64,000 nt of DNA from an uncultured Nitrospiraceae bacterium (GCA_963846575.1 CAWJWJ010000002.1:1312001-1376000); one strand, 5' to 3'. Shown: positions 40,358 to 51,391, counted from the stretch's first letter. Notes: generated from the letters alone by a model not told the origin. Numbers and translations: made by a program.

Positions 40358-40687
40358 ATGAGCCTTCCAGTTCAGATAAAAAAGATCGTCGGAGTGTTGT
40401 TAGATGATGGTGATTGGCACGAGGTGCGCCCCGGTAGTATGGCGGTCAACAAGTTTGAGTTGGCCGACGGAGACGACACGCTCATCAGAGGTGGTTCTAT
40501 CCCGGGCGTCTCGAGTACAGGAATGGTGTTTCAAGAAAATGAGGGAGGCAGGATGATTGCCTGCCCCATCACGTCAGTGAAGGCCGTTCGCTATCGAGCT
40601 GAGGATCCACTCCTGTCGGCTGTTCATTCCGCTGCTCTTGTTGATATCCTCCCTCGGGAAGCAATCATTTCTGCTCAGGAGGTGTAA
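40358..40687 (+). CDS. Hypothetical protein
   Basis: GGAG RBS; protein-like composition (GVLLDDGDWHEV). Confidence 0.6.
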   Translation: MSLPVQIKKIVGVLLDDGDWHEVRPGSMAVNKFELADGDDTLIRGGSIPGVSSTGMVFQENEGGRMIACPITSVKAVRYRAEDPLLSAVHSAALVDILPREAIISAQEV

Positions 40688-41108
40688 TCGCACCCGGCCA
40701 TTCATCTTCATTTTGCGATTTGCTTCCAGGACGGCTGCACAGGCAGGAACGAATCATCGCTGTGCCTGCCGCTGTGCCGCGGGCTTGGAATCCAGGATAT
40801 CTGTTTCAAGAAGGGCATCTCGGAGGAGGGTCGATAACATCGACCTTGTTCCTGCTCCGCCACCCGGCTTGTCCCTGCGTCGTGTTTGCCTCACGTTTTC
40901 GTGGGCCATCGACTCTAGCCGTAGCAACTACCACCTTGTCCCCCCGTATGTTTCCCCGAGCGTAGTTGTTCTTACTTGCCCTCCGCTCCCGGTCCCAGTG
41001 AGCACCTTGTTCTCCAATGGTTTAATCGTTATCCTTAACTTCAATAGTTATTAGTCATATTCGTGTCCGGTGAATCGTGCGGACGCACCCTAACGTGCTT
41101 TTCTGGCC

Positions 41109-44042
41109 ATGCCGCTTCTTTTGCGATATCGAACAGCCCTGGTTGTCGTGAGCGCCGTGGTCGCGCTGTACGCGCTGCTGGGATTCTTCGGCGTGCCCTA
41201 CGCGGCCAAGGCTTACGGCGTCCCGGCTTTGTCCAAACGCCTGCAGCATCCGGTTCTGTTGGGAGATCTTGGCTTCAATCCCTTCACCTTTTCCCTGACG
41301 GTCTCGAATTTTGAGATCCAACAGCCGGACGAGCGGCCGATGCTGGGGTTCGGGGAACTCTTCGTGAATTTCGAAGTGACGTCGCTCGTGCGCTCCTCCT
41401 ATCTGTTTGACGAGATCCGCCTCACGTTTCCCTACAGCTTCGTGCATGTTCCCGCCAAGGGGAAGCTGAATCTCCTCGGCCTCGTTTCCTCCACCGATCC
41501 GGCGGAACCGGGATCGGAGCCTGAGGGACCGGCCACCGATGAACGGCGCGGAAAATCGCGATTGCCGCCGGTAGACATCCGCTTACTGAGCATCACGCAG
41601 GGCGTCATCGAATACCGGGATGATTCGAAGCGGAAACGGGTGATGGTCGATGTGGTCCCCATCGAAATCACACTCGAAAACTTCAGTACGCGGCCGGGGG
41701 ATGAAAACGCCTATGCGTTCACGGCGGAATTTGGAAAGGGGGAGACCCTCGCATGGGAAGGTACGATCCAGCTCGATCCGTTAGTCTCCGCCGGGAAGCT
41801 CTCGCTGTCCAACGTGCAGTTGAATACCTTCTGGCCGAGCATCCGCGACCAATTTCGGTTCGAAATTCTGAGCGGCGCGATCATGGTCGATGCGCGGTAT
41901 CGATTCGATACCGCCAACGTCGAACTCAGCGACGGGAAACTGGTGCTGTCGGATTTTCGTTTGGCTGCCGCTCGTGGGAGCGAGCCGCTCATTACCATGC
42001 CATCGTTGGAGCTTGATGGCATTCGCCTGGATCTGTCCAAGCAGGAGGTGGAAGTCGGCGGCGTGCGCACGGCGGGCGCGGAGGTGCGTGCCTGGTTGAC
42101 GGAAGACGGGTCGGTCAACTATGCGACACTCTTTTCTACGAGGACGGACGCGGACGAGACCGCGGACTCGCAGGCGTCACCCACGGAGCCCTGGAGCGTC
42201 GATGTACGAAAGGTCGAGGTCTCAAAAACCAGGGTCGCCTTCGAAGACCGCAGTGTGACGACTCCGGCGAACCTGGCGATCGACGACGTACAACTGACCC
42301 TCAGTGATATCCATGTCCCCTTCAAGGGCCAGATCCCGGTCGCGCTCAGTCTACGGCTCAATACCGAGGGGACAGTCGAGGCCGACGGCAGGGTGCAACT
42401 CGACCCGCTGCAGGCCGATCTCAAGCTCTCATTACAACAAATCGGCTTGATTCCCTTTCAGCCCTATCTGCCTCCAACGCTCCGGGTCGACGTGAAGTCC
42501 GGGGAACTCGACCTCACCGGAGAGGTCCAATATCGAAGCCGCCACGAACTGGAACCGTTGCTCCGTTACAGGGGGAATATCGGGGTCGGAAACTTGCGGC
42601 TGACCGAAACCAACGGCCGGAAGCCTATCCTTGCATGGACGGGGCTGGAACTGAAGAACCTCGCACTGGACCTGGCTCCTACCAAGGTTCAGATCGGAGA
42701 GATCGCCCTGAAAGACCCTTCGATCAGCGTGGAGATGGCAGAGAACGGCACGACGAATCTTGAACGCATCGTTAGTGCCCCGGAGCCGGACCGCACGGCC
42801 GGGCCTGCAGCAAGCTCCGGCGCGAAGGTCCGGCAGGGCGGGGAGACTCCCACGATTCCTGTGGTGATCGACGTGGTGACCCTCTCGAAGCTGTCGGCGG
42901 CCTTCGTGGATGAGTCGATCGAACCGGCCGTGTCCCTGGGGATTCAGGATCTCAGCGGCACCATCAAGGGCTTGTCCTCCAAACAGTTGACCAAGGCACA
43001 GGTGGCGCTTTCCGGAACGGTCGACGAGGTGGCCTCGATGAAGATCCAGGGGCAAATCAATCCGCTCAGCGAGAACGCCTATACCAATCTGAAGGCTACG
43101 TTCCAGGGCGTGGATCTTACGGCGGTCTCTCCGTACGCGGGCAAGTATGCGGGGTATCCCATCACCCAGGGCAAACTCTCGCTCGATCTGAAATATCAAC
43201 TCTCGAAGCAGAAGCTGGCCGGAGAGAACAAGGTGCTGATCGATCATTTCTCCTTCGGAGAGAGCACCGGCAGCGAGCATGCGACGGGTCTTCCCGTGCG
43301 CCTCGCGGTCGCGCTGCTGCAGGACCGCAACGGCCGCATCGCCATCGACATGCCCGTGAGGGGTAATCTGAACGAGCCGGACTTTAAATATGGACGGGTG
43401 GTGCTGAATGCCTTGGTGAATCTGATTTCCAAGGTGGCGACGTCTCCCTTCGCGGCGCTTGGAAACCTGGTGGGAGGCGGCGGAGAAAATCTGCAGTTTA
43501 TCGAATTCCAGGCCGGCTCGGATATCCCGGAGGCGACCGCACAACAAAAAATCACGTCGATCGCGACTGCGCTTCAGAAGCGTCCTGCCTTGCGGGTCGA
43601 GGTCGCCGGCGCTGCGGATCCCAAACGGGACCGGGATGCGCTTGCCTTGCAGAAAATGAAGGCCGAGGTGCAACGACGTTTTACGAAAGGCGGCACCGAG
43701 GCTGCCGACATCGCCATTCCGCCACAGCGTGAGTTCGAATTTCTCAGCGACCTGTACGCCGAGAAACTGGGAAAACAACCGACGAAATCGGTGGAGACGG
43801 CGAACGGAACCACCGTCGACCGCGTGCTGACGGCCGATGAACTGCGGGAGCAATTGGTTCCGGCGATAGCCGTGGCGGAATCCGAACTGCGTTCCTTGGC
43901 GCAGGAGCGTGCGAAAGCGATTCGGGCACAACTGCTTGCGGCGGGCCGATTGACCGAGGAGCGCGTGTATCTGGTCGAATCCGAGTTGATCAGCTCGGAA
44001 GGAGAGAAGGTCCGGGCCCATTTGAATTTGACGGGGAGCTGA
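41109..44042 (+). CDS. DUF748-repeat (AsmA-like) envelope protein
   Basis: FNPFTFSL, ENFST, SPYAGKYAGYPI, LAVALLQD, ATSPF. Confidence 0.88.
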   Translation: MPLLLRYRTALVVVSAVVALYALLGFFGVPYAAKAYGVPALSKRLQHPVLLGDLGFNPFTFSLTVSNFEIQQPDERPMLGFGELFVNFEVTSLVRSSYLFDEIRLTFPYSFVHVPAKGKLNLLGLVSSTDPAEPGSEPEGPATDERRGKSRLPPVDIRLLSITQGVIEYRDDSKRKRVMVDVVPIEITLENFSTRPGDENAYAFTAEFGKGETLAWEGTIQLDPLVSAGKLSLSNVQLNTFWPSIRDQFRFEILSGAIMVDARYRFDTANVELSDGKLVLSDFRLAAARGSEPLITMPSLELDGIRLDLSKQEVEVGGVRTAGAEVRAWLTEDGSVNYATLFSTRTDADETADSQASPTEPWSVDVRKVEVSKTRVAFEDRSVTTPANLAIDDVQLTLSDIHVPFKGQIPVALSLRLNTEGTVEADGRVQLDPLQADLKLSLQQIGLIPFQPYLPPTLRVDVKSGELDLTGEVQYRSRHELEPLLRYRGNIGVGNLRLTETNGRKPILAWTGLELKNLALDLAPTKVQIGEIALKDPSISVEMAENGTTNLERIVSAPEPDRTAGPAASSGAKVRQGGETPTIPVVIDVVTLSKLSAAFVDESIEPAVSLGIQDLSGTIKGLSSKQLTKAQVALSGTVDEVASMKIQGQINPLSENAYTNLKATFQGVDLTAVSPYAGKYAGYPITQGKLSLDLKYQLSKQKLAGENKVLIDHFSFGESTGSEHATGLPVRLAVALLQDRNGRIAIDMPVRGNLNEPDFKYGRVVLNALVNLISKVATSPFAALGNLVGGGGENLQFIEFQAGSDIPEATAQQKITSIATALQKRPALRVEVAGAADPKRDRDALALQKMKAEVQRRFTKGGTEAADIAIPPQREFEFLSDLYAEKLGKQPTKSVETANGTTVDRVLTADELREQLVPAIAVAESELRSLAQERAKAIRAQLLAAGRLTEERVYLVESELISSEGEKVRAHLNLTGS

Positions 44043-44057
44043 GATCTCGACGGGAGT

Positions 44058-44426
44058 TCAGGGTTTGGGTCGGTACCGCATTCGCGTCCCATGCAGGAGC
44101 GACAGTTCGATCTCACTGGCGCTCAACTCGACGGGGAAGTAGGCTCCGGAGACCTTGGCCGCATTGATGCTGGCGCCTTCGAGCCGGGCCAGGCGAAAAT
44201 CGACCCCGCGCAGATCGGCCTGTCGAAAATACGATTCGCTCAGGTCCAAGCCATCCGCCTCAAGTCCTCGCAGGTCGAGCCCCCGTAAGTCGCACCGGGT
44301 GAGGTCGACCTGCTCGCCACTGGCCCGCTTGACGTTAAATTCCTTGATGCAGCCTTCCCGTAGCAACCGGTACATCGGGTCGTTGGAGATCCGTAGCCCG
44401 CTCGAGGCGGGTTTCTGATTGTCCAT
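44058..44426 (-). CDS. Pentapeptide repeat protein
   Basis: DLRGLDLRGL, ADLRGVDF, ARLEGASI. Confidence 0.88.
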   Translation of the reverse strand: MDNQKPASSGLRISNDPMYRLLREGCIKEFNVKRASGEQVDLTRCDLRGLDLRGLEADGLDLSESYFRQADLRGVDFRLARLEGASINAAKVSGAYFPVELSASEIELSLLHGTRMRYRPKP

Positions 44427-44639
44427 GCAACACTCCTGTGTGTGTGGGTTCTTTATCGGGCGCAGGCATGAAAACTTGAGTCCCCGCGGATGGATCGCCT
44501 GGCCAGTGTGGCGATGGTCATCGCCGGTGGCGAGCTAACGCTTGCACCAGACTCCAGAGAAACGGTAGTCTTATTCGCTGATTTGTTCTTATCGCTTGGT
44601 GGGTACTACACATCCGGTCGAACGGAGAAGGAGGGGATC

Positions 44640-45275
44640 ATGGGATTACGACTGGGCGACGACGCCCCGAACTTTACGGCGGAGACGACAGAGGGAACCA
44701 TTAATCTTCACGAGTGGTTGGGAAATGGGTGGGGCATCTTGTTTTCGCATCCCAAGGATTTTACGCCGGTCTGCACGACGGAGCTGGGCTACATGGCCAA
44801 GATCAAAGGGGAATTCGATAAGCGGGGGGTGAAGATTCTGGCCATCAGCGTGGATCCGCTGGATTCGCATCGCGGATGGACGAAAGATATCAATGAAACC
44901 CAGAGCTGCACGGTCAGTTATCCCCTGATTGCCGATCCGGAAAAGAAGGTGGCCACGCTGTACGACATGATTCATCCGAACGCGCTGGATAACATGACGG
45001 TGCGGTCGGTCTTCGTGATCGGGCCGGACAAGAAGATTAAATTGATGCTGACCTACCCGGCTTCCTGCGGAAGGAACTTCGACGAGTTGCTGCGGGTGGT
45101 GGACTCCCTTCAGCTCACGTCAAAATACAAAGTGGCCACGCCCGTGAATTGGAAGGATGGTCAGGATTGCATCATCACCCCGGCGGTCAATGATGCGGAA
45201 GCCAAGACCCTCTTCCCCAAAGGGTTCAAAGCCATCAAGCCCTATCTTCGGGTCACGCCACAACCCAATAAATAA
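44640..45275 (+). CDS. 1-Cys (Prx6-type) peroxiredoxin
   Basis: FSHPKDFTPVCTTELG, GRNFDELLR, ATPVNW. Confidence 0.93.
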   Translation: MGLRLGDDAPNFTAETTEGTINLHEWLGNGWGILFSHPKDFTPVCTTELGYMAKIKGEFDKRGVKILAISVDPLDSHRGWTKDINETQSCTVSYPLIADPEKKVATLYDMIHPNALDNMTVRSVFVIGPDKKIKLMLTYPASCGRNFDELLRVVDSLQLTSKYKVATPVNWKDGQDCIITPAVNDAEAKTLFPKGFKAIKPYLRVTPQPNK

Positions 45276-45299
45276 CGTCTTTTCTACAGAGGGAACATG

Positions 45300-45333
45300 A
45301 GGGGAGTCGGCCTTGGGGCCGCCTCCCCTTGTT
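45300..45333 (+). terminator. Probable terminator hairpin after peroxiredoxin
   Basis: AGGGGAGtCGGCC-ttgg-GGCCGcCTCCCCT followed by TGTT. Confidence 0.5.
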
Positions 45334-45462
45334 GTATGCGCAGCACGGATCATCATTACAGCCTCGGCATTCGCTCTCCGGCTCGAACTGAAAGGGGGAC
45401 GTCGCCCGGATGTGACGATGGAAGTCCGCGGGTGCGTCCTCCCGAATACGAGCCCGGAGACG

Positions 45463-47652
45463 TCACACCAGCAGAAGCCCTGCTTGCCGGACGGTCTGCC
45501 AGGCTTGGGTCCGACTGAAGCGGTCGAAGCCTCGTGAGCCGTCGACGGGAAAGGTCTCGCGTGCCTCTGCCAGGCGGGGGTAGTGGTCGCCTTGTTTGCA
45601 GGGGGAGGGTGTTGACCGGTTCAACAACGAGGTCAACCAGGCGGCTTGAGCCGACGCGAGCGTGAGCGGGAAATCTTCCGAGCGTGTCGGCAGAATCAGT
45701 CTGGTTTTGGCCGGGCTGTTCGCAGTGACCACCGGAGCGCTGCCGATCCACACGCAGCGCCGTTCTGCGGTGAGTGGGACGGCGGGGATATCGGCCATGG
45801 CCGCCTCGGCCCAGGTTCGTGGGACTCGCGGGGCTTTGACCGCCTGGGAGAACCATCGTTGCACCGGCAGATCGAGTCCGGTCCGTTCGATGTAGTTGAG
45901 AAGCGCCGCGCGTAATCCTTCGCCCAACCAGTCCGGACAGGTCGTGGAAGGATCGGCATGGCGGAGATCGTTTTCGGCAAATCCGGCGAAGGCCGGGCCG
46001 AGAATGGTGAGACCTTCCGCCGACGGATTCAATCCGATGGGACTGTGGGCCGTGGCCGTGAACTTGTGCCAGAACGCGGACTGCAGCAGGTCATGCAGAA
46101 AAAGTTGCCGGACGCGCTCGAGCGAATCCACCGTGTCGGCAATGGTCTCGCCGGGACAGCCATACATCAGATAGGCGTGGAGCAGGATCCCGGCCTGCCG
46201 AAAGGCGGCTGCTACGACCGCTGTCTGATTGACCGTGATGCCCTTTTTCATTCGTTCGAGCAACCGGTCCGATGCTGCTTCGAGCCCCGCCGTGAGAGCA
46301 ATGCAGCCGGAAGCGGCTAAGAGCCTGGCCAGATCAGCGGAAAAGGCTTCCTCGAAACGGATGTTGCCCCACCAGGAAATGGTCAGGCGTCGTTCGAGCA
46401 GTCGAAGGGCCAGCGACTTCAACGCGGCGGGAGGGGCGGCTTCATCAACGAAATGAAAGCCCCGCTGCCCGGTTTCCTGAATGAGGGCTTCGATGCGTTC
46501 CACCAGGACGTCGGTCGGAGTCGCTTCGTAGCGGGCGATATAGTTCAGCCCCACATCGCAGAACGTACATTGCTTCCAGTAGCAGCCGTGCGCGACGGTC
46601 AGTTTATTCCAATGCCCTTCCGACCAGAGCCGGTGCATCGGATTCAGACTGTCCAGGATCGAGAGGTAGCGGCCCAATGGGAGTCCTGCATAGGTCGGTG
46701 TGCCGAGGTCCTGCATCGAGACGTCCGGCTCCGTGCTGCCGTCCCGAAACTGCACCGTGCCATTCGAACAGAGGAAGGTCCGGCGAAGCAGGTGTTCCGG
46801 ACGTCCGCCGGCCAGGTGTTCGAGCAGGCAGAGGAACGGCCGCTCTCCGTCGTCGAGCGTGACATAGTCGACATAATTGAAAAGGCGAGGGTCTTCCAGC
46901 CGGCGAAGTTCGGTATTCACATAACCGCCGCCCAGAACGAGGCGAATCCGTGGCCGCCTGGTTTTGAGGGCCTGGGCGATTCGTAACGCGCCGAAAAGAT
47001 TCCCGGGAAACGGGATGGTGAGACCGACCACGTCGGGGTCGGCCCGGTCGACATGCGGCCAGAGCCGGTCAATCAGCAGGTGGTCGGTCAAGCTCAGCGG
47101 TTCGGTCAGGGCAGCGTCAAGACGGTCGAACGACGAGGTGGATTGCGTAATCTGCTCGGCATAGCGATTCAGCAGCAAGTGCGGGGCGACGGTTTCGTGC
47201 AGCAGGTCCGTGAGATCCTCAAGATAGAGCGTGGCACGGTGACGGGCTTGATCGGATGGCGACGAAGACCAGCTGTGTGCCTGGCGTGGCTGACCCTCGA
47301 AGCGGGGACCTTCCGGCAGAAAGCCCGGACGGGCGAGATGCGGCGCAAGCATGGGGTCCCGGCCTTGAAGAAAAGCGATCACCGGATCGATAGTCGCGAG
47401 ATAGGCCTCTTCGAGCGCCAGGAACTGCTGGACCTCTCCGCGCCATGACTCTCCGCTCTGCTTGATGCGTTGGAAGGCCTGCTCCAGGCCCGAGCGCGAG
47501 AAAAGGCGCAGCACCATTTCAAGCCCTAGATCGGCCTGCGTGGTGTCATAACCGCGGGATCGCAAGAACCCTGTCAAATGAGCCGTAGCGGGATACGGCG
47601 TATTGAGTTGAGTCAAGGGAGGGATGAGCAACAGTACGCGCGGCAAGGCCAT
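45463..47652 (-). CDS. B12-binding-domain radical SAM protein
   Basis: PPLTQLNTPYPA N-terminus; HGCYWKQCTFCD. Confidence 0.88.
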   Translation of the reverse strand: MALPRVLLLIPPLTQLNTPYPATAHLTGFLRSRGYDTTQADLGLEMVLRLFSRSGLEQAFQRIKQSGESWRGEVQQFLALEEAYLATIDPVIAFLQGRDPMLAPHLARPGFLPEGPRFEGQPRQAHSWSSSPSDQARHRATLYLEDLTDLLHETVAPHLLLNRYAEQITQSTSSFDRLDAALTEPLSLTDHLLIDRLWPHVDRADPDVVGLTIPFPGNLFGALRIAQALKTRRPRIRLVLGGGYVNTELRRLEDPRLFNYVDYVTLDDGERPFLCLLEHLAGGRPEHLLRRTFLCSNGTVQFRDGSTEPDVSMQDLGTPTYAGLPLGRYLSILDSLNPMHRLWSEGHWNKLTVAHGCYWKQCTFCDVGLNYIARYEATPTDVLVERIEALIQETGQRGFHFVDEAAPPAALKSLALRLLERRLTISWWGNIRFEEAFSADLARLLAASGCIALTAGLEAASDRLLERMKKGITVNQTAVVAAAFRQAGILLHAYLMYGCPGETIADTVDSLERVRQLFLHDLLQSAFWHKFTATAHSPIGLNPSAEGLTILGPAFAGFAENDLRHADPSTTCPDWLGEGLRAALLNYIERTGLDLPVQRWFSQAVKAPRVPRTWAEAAMADIPAVPLTAERRCVWIGSAPVVTANSPAKTRLILPTRSEDFPLTLASAQAAWLTSLLNRSTPSPCKQGDHYPRLAEARETFPVDGSRGFDRFSRTQAWQTVRQAGLLLV

Positions 47653-47704
47653 GCGAAGGGAAATACCATACCGCACGGCCCGGCTGCCACTCGCGTGGAC
47701 GGGA

Positions 47705-49030
47705 CTACGAGGCCGCCTGCTCCCGGGCTGTGCGCATGGAGGATTGAATGAAATAACCGGTCCACCGTTTGAGGCGGAAGTATTCGGCTATCGCGGGAGG
47801 CAATTTACTGCGCGCCATCGCGCGCACGATCGACAGTTCGGGTTCTGAAGAGAGGTCAATGGTGGGAGAGGAGTCCTTCTGTGCGTCCGGCTTATAGAGC
47901 AGGACGAGAGGCTTGAGACGGATGTCGAAATTGATGTTGAGCACCAGTCCCAGAGAGCCGTCAGACAGCGTCACCACAGTGCCAGGCGGATACACACCGA
48001 AGATCTGGATCATGGCTACGACGACATCGGGAGCGAAGAGGTGCTGTTGATGCTTGTACATCTTGGACAGTGCTTCGGCCGGACAGAGGGCTTCGAGCGT
48101 GTCCGGATGATTGACGAGCCAGTCATATTGATCGACCGCACTGACGATTCTGACGGAGAGCGGGATCTGGTCGCCCTTGAGCTTCTCCGGATAGCCTGAC
48201 CCATCCAGGCGCTCGTGATGGCTACGAATGATGTCCAGTACCTCTTCGGGAAACCCTGGATACCGACGGAGCATGTCGATCGCGTGAAACGGATGCAGAT
48301 GGTACTCCCTGCTTTCCTGGGGGGAATGATGGCCTCGGTTGCGGAGCACCCGGCTGGAAATGCGATTTTCTCCGATGTCGAGCAAGAGTCCGGCCATGCC
48401 GATCAGTTGTACCGTATTTTCGTCCACTTCCAGATGTCGAGCGACCATCATGGAGAGGGTCGAAACGTTGAGGGCATGGAGGACGCTCAGATTGCCGAGT
48501 TCTTCGGCATCAAAGGCGCTGGCCACCATACCGGCCGCCTCGGTATTGGTCAGCAAGCTACTGAGCCCGTTGATCATGAGTTTTGCGTTCCGGAGTCCTT
48601 CTGGAGAGCCAGTCGAGAGATCTCGCAACATCTGCGAACTGCGTTGGACCACCAGCCGGTAGGCCTCAGAAGCCAGTTCGACCGCTTCCCGGTAGTCGGT
48701 GGCGGTGGGAACATAGGCTGAGTCCTCGTCAGCCGGGTTCGTGTCAACCTCCGGAGTCGCCTCCGGTAGGACACCAGAGGGGGAGGAGGCGACATCTGTG
48801 GTTGTGTCCGGGTCTGATTCCCGAGGATAGACCAGCACCGTGGCGAGACCTAGACCCCGGATGGTTGCGATCTGATTCGTCGATGAGATTCTGAACGATC
48901 TTCGAGGAAACGGGTGCTTGAACCATGAGCAGTTCAAGTCGACATACATGCCGACTTTGAGAGCCTCCGGCCGGATGACGATCGTTTCCGGAGCGCTGCC
49001 CTTGGATTGTCTCTCTGGCTTACGTTGCAA
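47705..49030 (-). CDS. HD-GYP protein with DUF3391-like N-terminus
   Basis: LKVGMYV..WFKHPF; HHERLDGSGYP; HD position reads LLDIG. Confidence 0.85.
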   Translation of the reverse strand: MQRKPERQSKGSAPETIVIRPEALKVGMYVDLNCSWFKHPFPRRSFRISSTNQIATIRGLGLATVLVYPRESDPDTTTDVASSPSGVLPEATPEVDTNPADEDSAYVPTATDYREAVELASEAYRLVVQRSSQMLRDLSTGSPEGLRNAKLMINGLSSLLTNTEAAGMVASAFDAEELGNLSVLHALNVSTLSMMVARHLEVDENTVQLIGMAGLLLDIGENRISSRVLRNRGHHSPQESREYHLHPFHAIDMLRRYPGFPEEVLDIIRSHHERLDGSGYPEKLKGDQIPLSVRIVSAVDQYDWLVNHPDTLEALCPAEALSKMYKHQQHLFAPDVVVAMIQIFGVYPPGTVVTLSDGSLGLVLNINFDIRLKPLVLLYKPDAQKDSSPTIDLSSEPELSIVRAMARSKLPPAIAEYFRLKRWTGYFIQSSMRTAREQAAS

Positions 49031-49308
49031 GGCTGTTACCTTCTCTCCGATTTTAGACCGGGGTGTTGTTTCTGATGGCCAATCAGGGGCTATATCGGTG
49101 AGCCACGGAGGAATCTTGATGGGGTGAGACCCGAGGGTGGAGGAGTTGGTTTATCCGGCCTCACTGTGCCGCTGAGGTTCGGCTTTTAACTTCTTGGATC
49201 TGGTCCGCTAAATAGAATCCAAGCATCGTTCATTCAGTGTCATTTGAAAACAATGACATCGATTTATTACGTGACGTATAGCTTCAACTTATGTTGAAGC
49301 TTGGCGGC

Positions 49309-50454
49309 TTATTCCAGGAGCCGGATAAACTCCCGGCAGGCGGTTCGTATGCCCCCCGTCTCACGACGCACGTCGCTGCCGAGTATGAACATGAAGTCCT
49401 CGCCGTACAGTCCGGTCATTTCATCGATGCGCGATGAGGACATTCGCCCCGCAGCCGTGGGAAAGATCGGAGGACAGGGCCCGAGGCGTCGACGACAGGC
49501 CGTGGCGATCTGCCGGCAATCGTCCGCGGAGATCGGGTAGGTCAAGCCATAGGTCGGATAGATGGATACGTCCGCGCCGGCGATTCTTGGGAGGAGACCA
49601 AAAAGTACCTGAGGTGCAATGCCGCTGTCCGGCGAGACATAGTGGCTTCCAAGAAAATCCGGGTGGGAGACGAGCGGTAGGGAGACCGATGGATTACGTG
49701 CCAGGGAAGCCATCGCATCGAATCCTACGAGACCAGGGCAAACCAGCAGAGCACCTGCGCCGGCTTTCTCCGCAAGACTCGCTCGTGCCATGAGTACAGG
49801 CCAGGGACTCGAAATGTGGGGGGCATACAGGCAGGGTTTGCCAGTCCGCTGTGAGGCCGCACTCACGGCTTCGGCGCATCGCGTGATCCGCTCCTCGAAG
49901 CGGCAGAAGGGCTGGTCCCCGAGGCTTTGATCATCCTTGATGATGTCGACTTCCCCGAGTGCAAATTCATAGGCCAGGGCAGCCAATTGCACCGGAGTGA
50001 ATCCCAGAGGCTTGAGGACGGCGCAGACCAGCGGACGCGTGGGAACCTGAACCAGGTCGCGGAGGCCCGGCGTGCCAAAGCGGGGGCCCGTTTCCGCCAG
50101 CTCCCCATCCGGGAGCGACAAACCCGTGAGGCGGACTTGTCCTCGTAATCCGGCCATTCCGAACGCCATGTGCACCAGGGTACCGACTGACCCGTCGAGG
50201 AGTTCGGTGGGGAAGGTGATCACGGCACGGTGGTGCGACTGATCCAGGGATTCCCAGCCGGAAATCTGTCCCAGCAGCTGCTCGCGAATCGCTCCTGGTG
50301 GAATGACGTGCTCGGCGGCTTCGACGGTTTGTTCAATGCAAAGAACTTCCGCACGCTCGCGTGCCTCCCCGGCCGAGCCATGGATCTGGTACTCGACTGA
50401 GAAACGCTCTCCGCTCAAGAGGAGAGCACCTTCCGGAGTTTTCTGTTGAGACAT
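49309..50454 (-). CDS. RuBisCO-like protein (form IV)
   Basis: IEQTVE, GPRFG..GLR, LKPLG, DIIKDDQ. Confidence 0.85.
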   Translation of the reverse strand: MSQQKTPEGALLLSGERFSVEYQIHGSAGEARERAEVLCIEQTVEAAEHVIPPGAIREQLLGQISGWESLDQSHHRAVITFPTELLDGSVGTLVHMAFGMAGLRGQVRLTGLSLPDGELAETGPRFGTPGLRDLVQVPTRPLVCAVLKPLGFTPVQLAALAYEFALGEVDIIKDDQSLGDQPFCRFEERITRCAEAVSAASQRTGKPCLYAPHISSPWPVLMARASLAEKAGAGALLVCPGLVGFDAMASLARNPSVSLPLVSHPDFLGSHYVSPDSGIAPQVLFGLLPRIAGADVSIYPTYGLTYPISADDCRQIATACRRRLGPCPPIFPTAAGRMSSSRIDEMTGLYGEDFMFILGSDVRRETGGIRTACREFIRLLE

Positions 50455-50581
50455 CCAGGGCTCCTTCGGGGTTGCAGGGATGCAGGAAGAGAGGGCACCG
50501 TAATTCGGCCCGGCCCGGTAGTCCCTCGCCGGGCAGCAGGCTGTGGAATGAACCGATCCTATCCTATCGCACAAGGACGCC

Positions 50582-51391
50582 ATGGAGAACAGGGCACGAC
50601 AGAATCTTGGACCGGCATCGCTGTCTCGTATTGGAGTGGTCATCCTGCTGCTCGCCGGAAGTACCTGGAGTGACAGGGCGGTGGCTCAAGGTCTCATCGA
50701 CCTCACCTACACCTTCGATGAGACCACCCAGGTTTGGCCGAGCAACCTTCCGTTTCATCGAGACTCGACGGTCAGGGGAGGGACGAAGACCGAGGCCTGG
50801 TATGCGACAGGGCAAGTCACACTCTCCGAACATGCGGGGACGCATATGGATGCGCCCGTGCATTTTGCCCAGGGGCAGGTAGGCATTGACGGGATCCCAA
50901 TCGAGCAACTCATGGGGCCTGCCGTAGTGATCGATGTCAGGGATGCCGTAGCCGGCGACCGCGACTATCGCTTGTCCTTGGAAGACGTGCATCGCTGGGA
51001 GCTCAGGCATGGATCGATACCGCTCGGCTCGGTCGTGCTGATGCTGACAGGGTGGGGGGCCAATTGGAGCGATCGGGAGCGGTATTTCGGCACGCCCACG
51101 CCGGATCTTCCGTTGACGCTTCATTTCCCCGGGTTCTCCCGACAGGTGGCGGAATTTCTGGTGGCCGAACGCCACATTCACGGGATCGGGATTGACACGC
51201 CGAGCATCGACCACGGTCCTTCGAAGGATTTTGCCGTCCACCGGATAGTGAACGGCGCCGGCCTGTATGGACTCGAAAATCTGGCGCGACTCGACGCGGT
51301 GCCTCCGTCCGGCGCCTCGCTGGTGGCCCTGCCGATGAAGATTGCCGGTGGGAGCGGCGCCCCGGTGCGGGTCATTGCCATTCTCCCTTAA
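50582..51391 (+). CDS. Cyclase/kynurenine formamidase-family metallohydrolase (exported)
   Basis: EHAGTHMDAPVHF, GIDTPSID, LENL, GSGAPVR. Confidence 0.9.
   Translation: MENRARQNLGPASLSRIGVVILLLAGSTWSDRAVAQGLIDLTYTFDETTQVWPSNLPFHRDSTVRGGTKTEAWYATGQVTLSEHAGTHMDAPVHFAQGQVGIDGIPIEQLMGPAVVIDVRDAVAGDRDYRLSLEDVHRWELRHGSIPLGSVVLMLTGWGANWSDRERYFGTPTPDLPLTLHFPGFSRQVAEFLVAERHIHGIGIDTPSIDHGPSKDFAVHRIVNGAGLYGLENLARLDAVPPSGASLVALPMKIAGGSGAPVRVIAILP

Noticed and set aside
42432..44021. Long antisense ORFs (also 57904..59292, 16676..18001, 37154..38050)
   Set aside because: Shadows of well-supported genes on the other strand or frame in GC-rich DNA
49309..50454. CO2-fixing RuBisCO
   Set aside because: Short, KDDQ motif, and no small subunit or other Calvin-cycle genes
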